A stretch of DNA of 64,000 nucleotides from Hormiphora californensis (Eukaryota; Animalia; Ctenophora). Both the position numbers and the translations under genes were made by a program. The stretch's first letter is position 1. Every line of letters starts with the position of its first letter. The notes under the pieces were generated by a model that made no database searches, had not been told where the DNA came from, and worked only from the letters and a program-made list of their open reading frames with translations. Below, in pieces: positions 42,141 to 51,462 of the stretch. Where the stretch lies: NCBI GenBank assembly GCA_020137815.1, contig CM035351.1, positions 6,634,001 to 6,698,000 of the forward strand, given 5' to 3'.

Positions 42141-45100
42141 TCATATCCAATCTGCACCGGGTTGGTGCACATTTGTTATCGTTGGTTCCATTTCAGGTAC
42201 TGTAACTTCATTGACAACCTCGCTAGAGCTGCGACTTTGGTTATCTGTTAGTTCTGGAGCCTGGGTCGGTTCCTCTGACGGTTCTGTTTCTTGCTGCGTG
42301 ATTTCTCCTAATGCCACTGCAAACCAATGGATGCCGCCGTCATCAGAGTTGTTGACGATGAAAAACTTCCGTCCATCTTGGTTCTTGACGTGTTCAAGGG
42401 TCTTGAACCTGAAGGTTGTTAAACTGATGGCATCTTCGACGTTTGCATGGGATGATAAGCTGTTGACAGGGATGTCTGTTGAATGGTACTTCTTCAAATA
42501 TACCGATATCAACCGTAAACATTCTTCAGCGGTAAGGAAGGATGGTTCTTGATGCTGTTCACTAGGCTTTCTCAAAGCAGCGTTGCCTGCAGTGATCATG
42601 TCATCGTCTGGGTCTCCACTGTAGATACAATCATCAAACTGCATGTGTCTATCGAAGCAATCTGGAGTGGAGATCATTTTGGCTAAGACCTTCGCTGCGA
42701 TGTATCCACAACTAGGTCCTTCTTGTGTATTGCCGACTATGGTTCTTACATTGAATCCTTTCTCCTGCAGAAATCCCTGTAAGTCCTTTGACTCTTGGCA
42801 TGGTAGAAAGTCGACAATCACAGCGTTGTGTTTGATTTGTGCTTCTAGAAGATCTGATCTTATTGCCTGCACCTTTGGAGGATCTGGTTCTTTCATCTGC
42901 ACTTTTGGAAGATCTGGTACTCTCTTCTGCACCTCTGGAGGATCTGGTTCTCTCTGCTGCACCTTTTGAAGATCTGGTTCTCTGTGCTGCACCTTTTGAA
43001 GATCTGTCTCCACTGGTGTCTGGGTTTGAGCCTCACTGAAGATCGGTGGGGAGGGGAATCTTGAGAGCCAATCACAAACTTCGTTATCTACTCCACTCAC
43101 ATGGCGTAAGATAAAGTTGAACTCCGCAAGTTTCTGGATCTTGTTTAGTACAGCTGCGTCCGGATGTGTGAAGAGCGTTCCTTCTGCTTTAACTAGCGAT
43201 AAGCAGTCCGTGATGAGAACAAATTCCTTCGTGTTGTACAGGTATATCTTCCAATGTTCAAGCGCTGCACACATGGCTTCAAACTCAAGTCTTGTTTGAC
43301 CCCTAGGTTTCTTGTACTCTGGAACTGCCTTGCTGTAGTAGGCGACTATTCTTCGTTCTCGTCCTCCATCAGTAGTGTCAAGTTCTTGGGACAAAGACGC
43401 ACCCAGACCGTGGATCGATGCGTCAATCGTAACTTGATAGGAGTTGTAAGGGTCAGATGGATCCGGTATTGCCAGTTGAGTGGTTTTGGCAATTAGTCGT
43501 TTCAGTTCCTCATACGCCTCCTTGCATTTCTCAGTCCAGTGAAACTTCTTATCTTTACCTCCACGCAAGGCTGCGTGTATGGGTTTGCTAATGGCGCTGT
43601 AATTAGGTATCCACTTTCGCACATAATTCATAGCGCCCATCACTTGTTGGATTTCTTTTCTGGATCGGGGTTCTCGTAGAGCGAGGAGATCGGCTACTCT
43701 GCTTTCAGTGATCTGGATACCTCCTCCGCTGACTCGAACACCGACGAAGTCCACTGCTTGTCGTAGAAGTTGAGACTTATCTGGCGAAACCTTCAAATTT
43801 GCACTCTTCAGCCTAGATAAGAGCCTTTGTAGTCGGTCAAGATGATCTTTGACAGTCGATGATGACAGAAGTAGATCATCAACAAACTGGACTACTTGCT
43901 CTATCGGCAACGATCCAAGGAGCCTGGACATCATGTCACAAAATGACGGTCCACTTGATCGATGTCCCATCACAGTTTTGGCGTATGCATATTGGGTGTT
44001 TTTGTAGAGAAATGCTGTTATCTGCTTTGAAGCTTCATCATATGGTAACTGCCAATAGCCGCGTGACAAGTCGAAAGAGGAAAAGATTGTGTCCTTTCCA
44101 ATCTTGTCTAGTACGTGGTCTAGATGTGCCAGTGGGAAGTTGGATGGAAGAGAGACCTTGTTGACGTTCCTCAAATCCGCTACGATTCGATAACGTTGTG
44201 GCTGCCCAGGAGGAGTCTTCTTTTTGACGAGAAATGTCGGAGAGTTCCAGTCAGATCGCTCTGGCAGTACTTCGACTACTCCTGTACGTACCATCTCATC
44301 AATATTTCTCTGCATTTCGTCCTCCAGTTTATATGGACATGGGAACGGTGGTGTCCACTGCGGCTCTGCACCTTCTTTTAGCCTGATCTTAGCTGTGTAC
44401 ATTGTGCAGGAACCCAAATCGTAATCGTCATAGCTAAAGCAGTGTCGATGCTCCCACAAAATGTCTTTCAACTCGTGTGCTTGGAGATCGGTCAGGTTCC
44501 TAGTAGCAATATCCACACTCAGACGCTCAAAGAGCTCTTCTTTGGTCCATTTCTCTTTCTCAGATATTTCTGAGCCAATTGCGTATCGGTCTTCCCACTT
44601 AATTCCAGAATGAGGATCGTATTCCGGAACGGGACTGAATTTTGCAGCTCTACTCCCTTGCTTTAATTCGACTTCGTTTTCACTCATGTTGAGGATCTTC
44701 AAGACAACCTTCTCATCGCTTGCTTCACCGATAGCTTCTGCTACGTACACATCGTTGTGTCCTCTGGTTAGGTCAGGAGAGATGAGTCCAATAGATCCTG
44801 TCGGGGTTTCTGCTAAGGATCCTGCCACCAACATCATCGTATGTGGTGGTATACACGTCGTTTCCGACCATTTGATCTGGTGAACTCGTTTTGTGCTGGT
44901 TGGTCTGGGTTGAAATGGAACTGGCTCCGCTCCTTCTATCCTCAACTCTCCGTGGATATAGTCAATGACAACTTGTCCTTTGAAGAACGGATCTCCTAGC
45001 AACAGGTCTGTGTCCAGTCCATCGCAGACGGCGAATGAGTGCCATTTGGACAAACCTCCTATGTTCACTATCACCATGATAGTTCCTCTGCAAGGTATAG

Positions 45101-45689
45101 AGTTTCCTCCGAAATCACGAAGATTCTGCATGGTCTCGTTGACATTTGAAGTAAGTCCCATTTTACACACTGTGGTCCAGTTTATGAGATTGATCTGGGA
45201 ACCGGTGTCTAAGAAACAACGGACTCTGAAGGGTGCCACACTATAGTGTGTAATCTCTCCTTCGACAATCACTTGTTGAGCTCTCTTGACTTCATCCGCA
45301 GTGAGTGTCTTCACTTTCTTCTCACGCTTCTTATTCTGGGTGGCCTTTTTCTTCGGTGTCTCCTGTTTTATCTGTTTCTCAGTGCATGGAACAGTCTCCT
45401 TTGGCTTTGATGCTGGGTCGGTAAGCTTTACCGACTTATCTTCTGGAGCAGTAGTTGCCGGGTGAGTAGGATCTTCTTCTGCTGAGATTGGTTTCTCATG
45501 AATATCTGTTTTCTGTATCGTCTTTCCCTGGTTAGGAGAATCCCAGGGCTTCTGTGCCGGTGGGGTGGAGAGGTCGGCCACCCTTGCCTTTGTCTCCCCC
45601 TCACGCTCCCCCGGCGGCTTGATCTCTGAATCTACTTGCGGTCGAGGTCTCGAGTTTGCCTTCCTGCCCCGACCGCTTGGCCGTTTAAC
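42141..45689 (-). CDS. pol: Pol: aspartic protease, RT, RNase H, 10-aa repeats, inserted cysteine-protease-like domain
   Basis: FLDTGSQINLI, WNSPTFLVKK, YRIVADLRNVN, FDLSRGYWQ, QFVDDLLL, TIDASIHGLGA, LITDCLSL, NEVCDWLSR. The frame is open back to the slippery site at 45683-45689. Confidence 0.93.
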   Translation of the reverse strand, partial: VKRPSGRGRKANSRPRPQVDSEIKPPGEREGETKARVADLSTPPAQKPWDSPNQGKTIQKTDIHEKPISAEEDPTHPATTAPEDKSVKLTDPASKPKETVPCTEKQIKQETPKKKATQNKKREKKVKTLTADEVKRAQQVIVEGEITHYSVAPFRVRCFLDTGSQINLINWTTVCKMGLTSNVNETMQNLRDFGGNSIPCRGTIMVIVNIGGLSKWHSFAVCDGLDTDLLLGDPFFKGQVVIDYIHGELRIEGAEPVPFQPRPTSTKRVHQIKWSETTCIPPHTMMLVAGSLAETPTGSIGLISPDLTRGHNDVYVAEAIGEASDEKVVLKILNMSENEVELKQGSRAAKFSPVPEYDPHSGIKWEDRYAIGSEISEKEKWTKEELFERLSVDIATRNLTDLQAHELKDILWEHRHCFSYDDYDLGSCTMYTAKIRLKEGAEPQWTPPFPCPYKLEDEMQRNIDEMVRTGVVEVLPERSDWNSPTFLVKKKTPPGQPQRYRIVADLRNVNKVSLPSNFPLAHLDHVLDKIGKDTIFSSFDLSRGYWQLPYDEASKQITAFLYKNTQYAYAKTVMGHRSSGPSFCDMMSRLLGSLPIEQVVQFVDDLLLSSSTVKDHLDRLQRLLSRLKSANLKVSPDKSQLLRQAVDFVGVRVSGGGIQITESRVADLLALREPRSRKEIQQVMGAMNYVRKWIPNYSAISKPIHAALRGGKDKKFHWTEKCKEAYEELKRLIAKTTQLAIPDPSDPYNSYQVTIDASIHGLGASLSQELDTTDGGRERRIVAYYSKAVPEYKKPRGQTRLEFEAMCAALEHWKIYLYNTKEFVLITDCLSLVKAEGTLFTHPDAAVLNKIQKLAEFNFILRHVSGVDNEVCDWLSRFPSPPIFSEAQTQTPVETDLQKVQHREPDLQKVQQREPDPPEVQKRVPDLPKVQMKEPDPPKVQAIRSDLLEAQIKHNAVIVDFLPCQESKDLQGFLQEKGFNVRTIVGNTQEGPSCGYIAAKVLAKMISTPDCFDRHMQFDDCIYSGDPDDDMITAGNAALRKPSEQHQEPSFLTAEECLRLISVYLKKYHSTDIPVNSLSSHANVEDAISLTTFRFKTLEHVKNQDGRKFFIVNNSDDGGIHWFAVALGEITQQETEPSEEPTQAPELTDNQSRSSSEVVNEVTVPEMEPTITNVHQPGADWI

Positions 45690-47215
45690 TGATTCTCTTG
45701 TGGTACATGGTTACTGTTGGGTTTGGGACACAATCTTCTGATGTGACCTGGTTCGTTGCAGTTCCAGCAGATAATCTCTGTCTTATCTTTTTGTTGCTGT
45801 CTGCCTCTGGTGGTGTTAGAACTTGCTCCATTGCGTGCTTGATACTTTCGCTCGACCCTGAACTTCCTACATCGGGGTCCAGTGTGTCCTTCTTCGTTGC
45901 ATAGTTGACAGATTTGCTTTTTGAAGCAATCATTGACCTCGTGACCTCTCTTGCCGCAGAATGTACAGTCTGGAATTTCACTCGTTCCTGCACTGTATGG
46001 TGTGGGTTTAGGCATAGTGGTGGGGCTGCTCGTTGCTGTTCCAATAGCGTAGACGTTGAGAGAATTGTCTGTCTTCTTCTCAGTCGTGAAGATTTTGTTT
46101 TTCACAAGCTTCTTATATGCCGCTGCTGCAATGCTCTCGAAATCGATCTTGGGGGTATCGTCACGCCACTTGGATATGGTCTTGGCAACCCTTCTATCGT
46201 ATAATCCGTCCTGAAGCGCATCTAACATCCTGTTGTTCATTAGTTCTAGTTTCAACCGAGGATCTGCTTCGGCATAAGCTTCTTCTGCAAGGTCACGTAT
46301 TCTCTCGAGGAAATCCGCGTATTCCTCGAACTCTCCCTGACGAATGTTAGTCAGCTCCACCCTACATGCCTCTGGTGCAGGCCTCTCGGTCTGGGTAGCA
46401 AGCCTGACGTATTCGATCAGTTTGTCAAGATCTTTTTTCTCTTCCTCAGAGAAGTGAAGTCGTTCGATTTGCCTGAACTTTTCATCACATAATATACACT
46501 CAAGGAGGAGCTTATCGAGGTTCTTTCTTTTTTCCTTGGATCTGATCACATAGTTCTTGAATCGTCTGAGGAAAATGTCAAACTTTTTCTTTCCTCCTTC
46601 AAACTTCGGCGGCCTGGGCTTGTGGCTTTTCTTCGAACGCCGCGGAGCTTTACCGGCAACTCTAGTGCTCTCACTCCCACTTGATAATGATTCACTGCTA
46701 GAGTCCTCTGAAGATTCACGCTTTGGATCACGAGGTTTTGGTCTTCTTACTTTTTCCTTGCTACGGCTAGGGTGGGCTATCATGCTTGCGTCGGATTTTG
46801 TCACTCTCCGAGATTCTGGTTTGACTGACCGTTCACTTTGTGGTGCTGTGCGGAGCGAAGGCTCACTCTGTTGTTGTACCCATTTCTCAAGCCTGTCTCT
46901 GTCAAGTTTCCTTTCCCGCTCTCTTAGAGCCTCTTCGATTTCTGCCGTTAAGCTCCTGTTACTCATTGTTGTGGATGCTTCAGATCTTGGAGGGATGGGC
47001 ATGGGAATGTTTCTTTCAAACTGGGGTCCTGTTGCTCCTGGAAAGGTGTCATTCGCAGGATTTGGCCGTACTGGTCGAACAGAAGTTTTGGAAGGGACCC
47101 TCATAAGCCGGTGTTCTGGTACTTCTCTGCTTGGCAAGGCCGGTTCTGAAATACTTGATCGAATAGGTAACACAGAAGTATTAGAGAGTACCCGTACCAG
47201 TTGCGGTTCTTCCAT
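45632..47215 (-). CDS. gag: Gag with three CCHC zinc knuckles (true start probably further upstream)
   Basis: PPKFEG, IRQGEFEEYADFLERIRDLA, CTFCGKRGHEVNDC, CQLCNEEGHTGPRC, CWNCNEPGHIRRLC. Confidence 0.9.
   Translation of the reverse strand: MEEPQLVRVLSNTSVLPIRSSISEPALPSREVPEHRLMRVPSKTSVRPVRPNPANDTFPGATGPQFERNIPMPIPPRSEASTTMSNRSLTAEIEEALRERERKLDRDRLEKWVQQQSEPSLRTAPQSERSVKPESRRVTKSDASMIAHPSRSKEKVRRPKPRDPKRESSEDSSSESLSSGSESTRVAGKAPRRSKKSHKPRPPKFEGGKKKFDIFLRRFKNYVIRSKEKRKNLDKLLLECILCDEKFRQIERLHFSEEEKKDLDKLIEYVRLATQTERPAPEACRVELTNIRQGEFEEYADFLERIRDLAEEAYAEADPRLKLELMNNRMLDALQDGLYDRRVAKTISKWRDDTPKIDFESIAAAAYKKLVKNKIFTTEKKTDNSLNVYAIGTATSSPTTMPKPTPYSAGTSEIPDCTFCGKRGHEVNDCFKKQICQLCNEEGHTGPRCRKFRVERKYQARNGASSNTTRGRQQQKDKTEIICWNCNEPGHIRRLCPKPNSNHVPQENQLNGQAVGAGRQTRDLDRK
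45638..45689 (-). promoter_or_regulatory. -1 ribosomal frameshift signal (gag to pol)
   Basis: G TTA AAC in gag frame, 6-nt spacer, 10-bp stem GCGGTCGGGG/CCTCGACCGC. pol is in the -1 frame. Confidence 0.8.
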
Positions 47216-49113
47216 TTCCTCAGGTGTTATAGCTGGTTGTACAAGGTTTGTTCTAAAAGGCTGGACCGCAGCTCTATAGGAAAAACTTCGCTCCAGTTGG
47301 GGTTCCGTTATACTACTACTAGAAGATTGAGAAGCGTCAGTCTGTATAGGTCGAAGGTGTTTTTTCCCGGGTTGGTATTTATGTTTTTTCTTTTTGCCAA
47401 CCCGTTTGCCCTTTTTTTTTTGAATGAAGTATTGCCTTTTTTTTAAGTTTTGAGAAAAACGACTTTAAAGTTTTTTTGAGGGTTTTCGGAAAAAATTTTC
47501 ATGAAGCCCAAATAACGTCAAAGATTTTTACTTTTCCACAAAAAATCCCGAAGGAATTTCCCGGACTTCCAAATTTTCACATCATCAAATTTGTCTCAAA
47601 TTTATGCGGCATCAAAATTGATGCCTATCTGTGGTTACTTCACTTTTTTAAAATTTTTTGGGAAAAAACTTCCCTCTAGAATGATTCGACTGAAGCAAAT
47701 TTTTTGTGGTAGATACTTTAATAATACTTACTCAAAAAAAACTTTATCATAATAGCAAAAAAAGCACCCAAAAAGTACTTTTCCCATTACTTCAGTAAAT
47801 TTCTTCATTTCCCAAAAAATATTTTTCAGAAATGTATTTAAAAAGCCTAAAAAAAACTTAATCGAACAAAAAATTTTCAGTGCTTCAAAATCGCAATCTT
47901 ACTTCAAAATTTTGGTAAAATAAAAAACAAGTTAATTTTTTTTAACACGCAGTGGGAAGGATAAAAGTGTTAGAATTCTTTCTAGCTTTAAAGAACTCCC
48001 GAGCACACGCAGACAAAAAGACGACAGACAAACAACGCACAAATTACAACTGCAGCAGCTGCACAGCTGCAAACAGCATAAAGAGGGGGCCGCCCGCCCT
48101 TCGGGCGGAATGTTAAAAACATGGTGTGATAAATGAGCGAAAACGAAAAACGCTATGGCAACCCTCAAACTAAGACGAACCTGCAGATAAAAACTGGAAG
48201 ATTATTGTTCCGGTACAGTCAACTTTTAAATTGGTTTAGTTTGGGTTGTTTTTATCAGAGGAAAAATGGAGATTGGGGATTTAAGAATTTTTTTTCCGAC
48301 CTCTCACAGGTCGTGTTTAAAAAATGACAGACACAAAAACCCGATCACAGGGAAAACAAACAATCACAGACAGACACACAGACAGAACACAGGCCATTCA
48401 ACATGTTTTAAAAACCCCTTGGCGAAACCAGTCACGTGACCCGAATAAAGAGCCGGATTGGTTGTTATTTGGCCCCGGGCGGTTGCTGAAGGGGAGAAAG
48501 GGTTTAAGAGAATAATATCGATGAGAGGGAACGGGAGTGAATTGTCTCCCCTTGGGTTATTTACGAAGAGGGTTTTGTTAAAAGGGGGGAAGAAGGAAGA
48601 AAAGAGGGAAAAATTTTTTTTAAATTTGGAGGACCCTTTCAATTTTTACAAACATTTCAAATTTTAAAATTGAAAAAAGAAAAAGCAGTGGGGGGCCCAA
48701 AAGGGAAGGGGTACAAGGGAGGCAAAAGTGACAGGGGGTTTAAAAATTTGGGGAAAAAGGTGAAAGGGGGAAAAAGGATATAAGGTGCGGCCCTCACTCA
48801 CCCCCCTTCCCAGGTCATTGTTAAAAATTCCCCCGGTCCCTCCCGCCCCCTAACTCACCCCCCCCCCCAGGGGCATCCTGCCCCCAAATCACCCCCCTTT
48901 CCCCCGGGCATCCGACCCCTAAAATAAACCCCTTCCCCAGGTCATCCTGCCTCCTAAAAAAAAGGCAGCGAAAAAAAAACCCCCCCAGGGGGTTTCCTGA
49001 TAACTCCCCCCTAGGGGAAATTTTCCTCCAACTCACCCCCTTCCCCAGGTCATCCTGCCTCCTAACTCACCCCCTTCCCCAGGTCACAAAAAACGGGCGG
49101 GAAATCAGCAGCT

Positions 49114-49186
<73 letters not shown>

Positions 49187-49295
49187 CTCTCCTTCTTGTT
49201 TCTCTCTCCTTCTTGTTTCTCTCGATCTTTCTCCCTAGTCCCTGGCAGGTTCAGCAAAAACATTATATAGGGGGTTAGATTGCAAATATTCACAA

Positions 49296-49370
49296 GCGGA
49301 GATGGTGTAATGGTTAGGGCATTGTCGTATAAGCCTCTGAGGTTCCGGGTTCGAGTCCCCGGTATTTGTA
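49296..49370 (+). pseudogene. tRNA-derived sequence (A and B boxes intact, anticodon arm broken) inside the Gypsy 5' leader
   Basis: GCGGAGATGGTGTAATGGTTAG...CCGGGTTCGAGTCCCCGG followed by T runs. Confidence 0.6.
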
Positions 49371-50946
49371 AAGTATTTTTGACTCTGTCACTTTTAACTC
49401 TATTTTTTCTCTATCTTTTTATCAAATTTGTCTCACTCTTTCTCTTACTTTTTACTCTTTCTTTATCGATATCTCTATAGCATGACAGACCATGACAGAC
49501 CATGACAGACCATGACAGACCATAGTCATAGTCATAGTCATAGTCATAGTCATAGTCAATTAACCCTCGTGGCTCCGAAGTTTCATCAAAAACAGGGTAA
49601 CGTGCTTTTAAATCACGTCCTGATAACAATAATTATTATCATAATAAAAACGGTTTATTGTAATTGCAATAGGAGAGACAAAACGAAACGGGTATACATT
49701 CAATGTACATGGTGGCTAACTAAGCAGCAGCTGCGTGTGGTGGGAGAAATGGCTTACCCTATATTTTTTACTATTTTACAACAAATGTCTGAGAGTGACA
49801 GAAACATTGTACCGCTGCAGCATGATACGATACACACGGATGTCCGTTAGCTACTATTTGAACTCCAGACAGGTTGAGTTTTCAAACCAGCTGCAGCTGG
49901 CCCCCTAGCCTTTCGGAATGATGTAAATTTGAAACCAAACGCTAGGGCAATAACTTATAAAACCTTATGAGGTCAGTGTTTGACAACACTGTTTGTGGTG
50001 TCTCTCTCTCTTTGTCTCAGAGTGACACTCTTACATAGAGATAATCCCAGAATCATGATCACCCCGGCCCCCAGACATCTCTTCTCCACTTGTTGAGTTA
50101 CCTAACAACTGGTTGTGTTGTGTCGTTACGACAGTACGGTACTGGAACATAATGCTACCTTTGAATGTGGGGTTCTAAGTTCGAAGAATGAGATTGGAGT
50201 GACGTAGTTGTGACGGTGAGGATGAGTAATTCGAGATGTGAACGATAATTATAATTACTCAGAATAGAATAATTATTATAGGGATCGCCTCCGTTCGACC
50301 TTCATCATGATGATGCTGCAGCAAAGAACAAATCTTGGAAATTACTTCATTTGGCCGGACTTGTGTTATAAATGGCACATATTATAATAAAAAATGAAGT
50401 ATTCTTAAGTTATGAAGTATTTTTTCTGGATGCGACAAGAAGCATTTGAATTCCACAGATTTATGAAGCATTTTCAAATTGAAGTAAATGAAGTGAAGTA
50501 TCTTCTGATTTGAAAATACTTCAAACAAAATCTGCAACTGATTTATGAAGCATTTTCAAATTGAAGTAAATGAAGTGAAGTATCTTCTGAGTGGACAATA
50601 CTTCAAACAAAATCTGCAGCTGATTGAAGTATTTCAATAGAATTTTTTAAATGAAGCAAACAACTGAAGCAAATTTTTCTGCGGTTATTACTTCTATGGT
50701 AGAAAAGTTTAACGAAGCAGTATTTATTTCCGAATTATATTAGCGAAGCAATTGCCATTTGCTTCACTTTTCTGCAGTTTTTCAAAAATAAAAGTACTTC
50801 ACAAAAAACACTTCACTCTATTTTTTGAAGATTGAGACACGAGACTTAGCCCATCTTGTAGATCTTTTTCTCCTGATCAAGATGGTATAAATAACTCAAA
50901 ATCGCCAAAATTGCAAATACTTCATTCTAAAAAAAAGGGGCAGAGT

Positions 50947-51322
50947 TGGTGTAAGGGGGTCAGTGATATATTCTGGGGCGTTACCGATGATTACCGATCC
51001 GAGAGACTAAGTAAACGCAGTGGTTTCGTGGTTTGAAGTAAAGAATGAAAAGTACCCAGAGTTTACAGAAAAGGTTTCTCGTTGTTTCAGAAGTCACCAA
51101 ATATACTCGTCTTCCCGAAAGGTCACAGATTCAGATTTTCACTTCAATCTCACCTCTCTCAGAGCGCGCGCACCACCATGCCAATGCATGATGGCGCGCG
51201 GCCTAAAAATGCTGTGCTTTCAACATATTCTAGCGCCCAAAAAGTCTGTTGCTAAGGTAACTACACACTTTTACACACGGGTACATATCTACGCCACTGA
51301 GGCTAAGAGCATAACTACACCA
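50947..51322 (-). repeat. 5' LTR relative to gag-pol (376 bp)
   Basis: Direct repeat of 37709-38083. Confidence 0.95.
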
Positions 51323-51462
51323 TCGTGTCAAAAACCAAGAAGCTGCATGTTCCGGCAGTTTTATGTCGAGAATTGGTTCAGAGAGAGATGTTTATTGTTT
51401 TAGCGACCACAGAACATTGAGATTTTGTAGAACTGCAGATTTTGTTAACTTAATTGGAGCAT

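Larger units (their letters stand above)
37709..51322 (-). mobile_element. Full-length Ty3/Gypsy LTR retrotransposon (13.6 kb), very recent
   Basis: LTRs 37709-38083 and 50947-51322 appear identical apart from one A in a homopolymer, with TGGTGTA...TACACCA termini and TCGT on both flanks. Gag-PR-RT-RH-IN order on the minus strand. Confidence 0.95.

Noticed and set aside
46557-47279. 240-aa plus-strand ORF and other antisense ORFs over gag-pol
   Set aside because: Antisense shadows of the real coding strand with no recognisable motifs.
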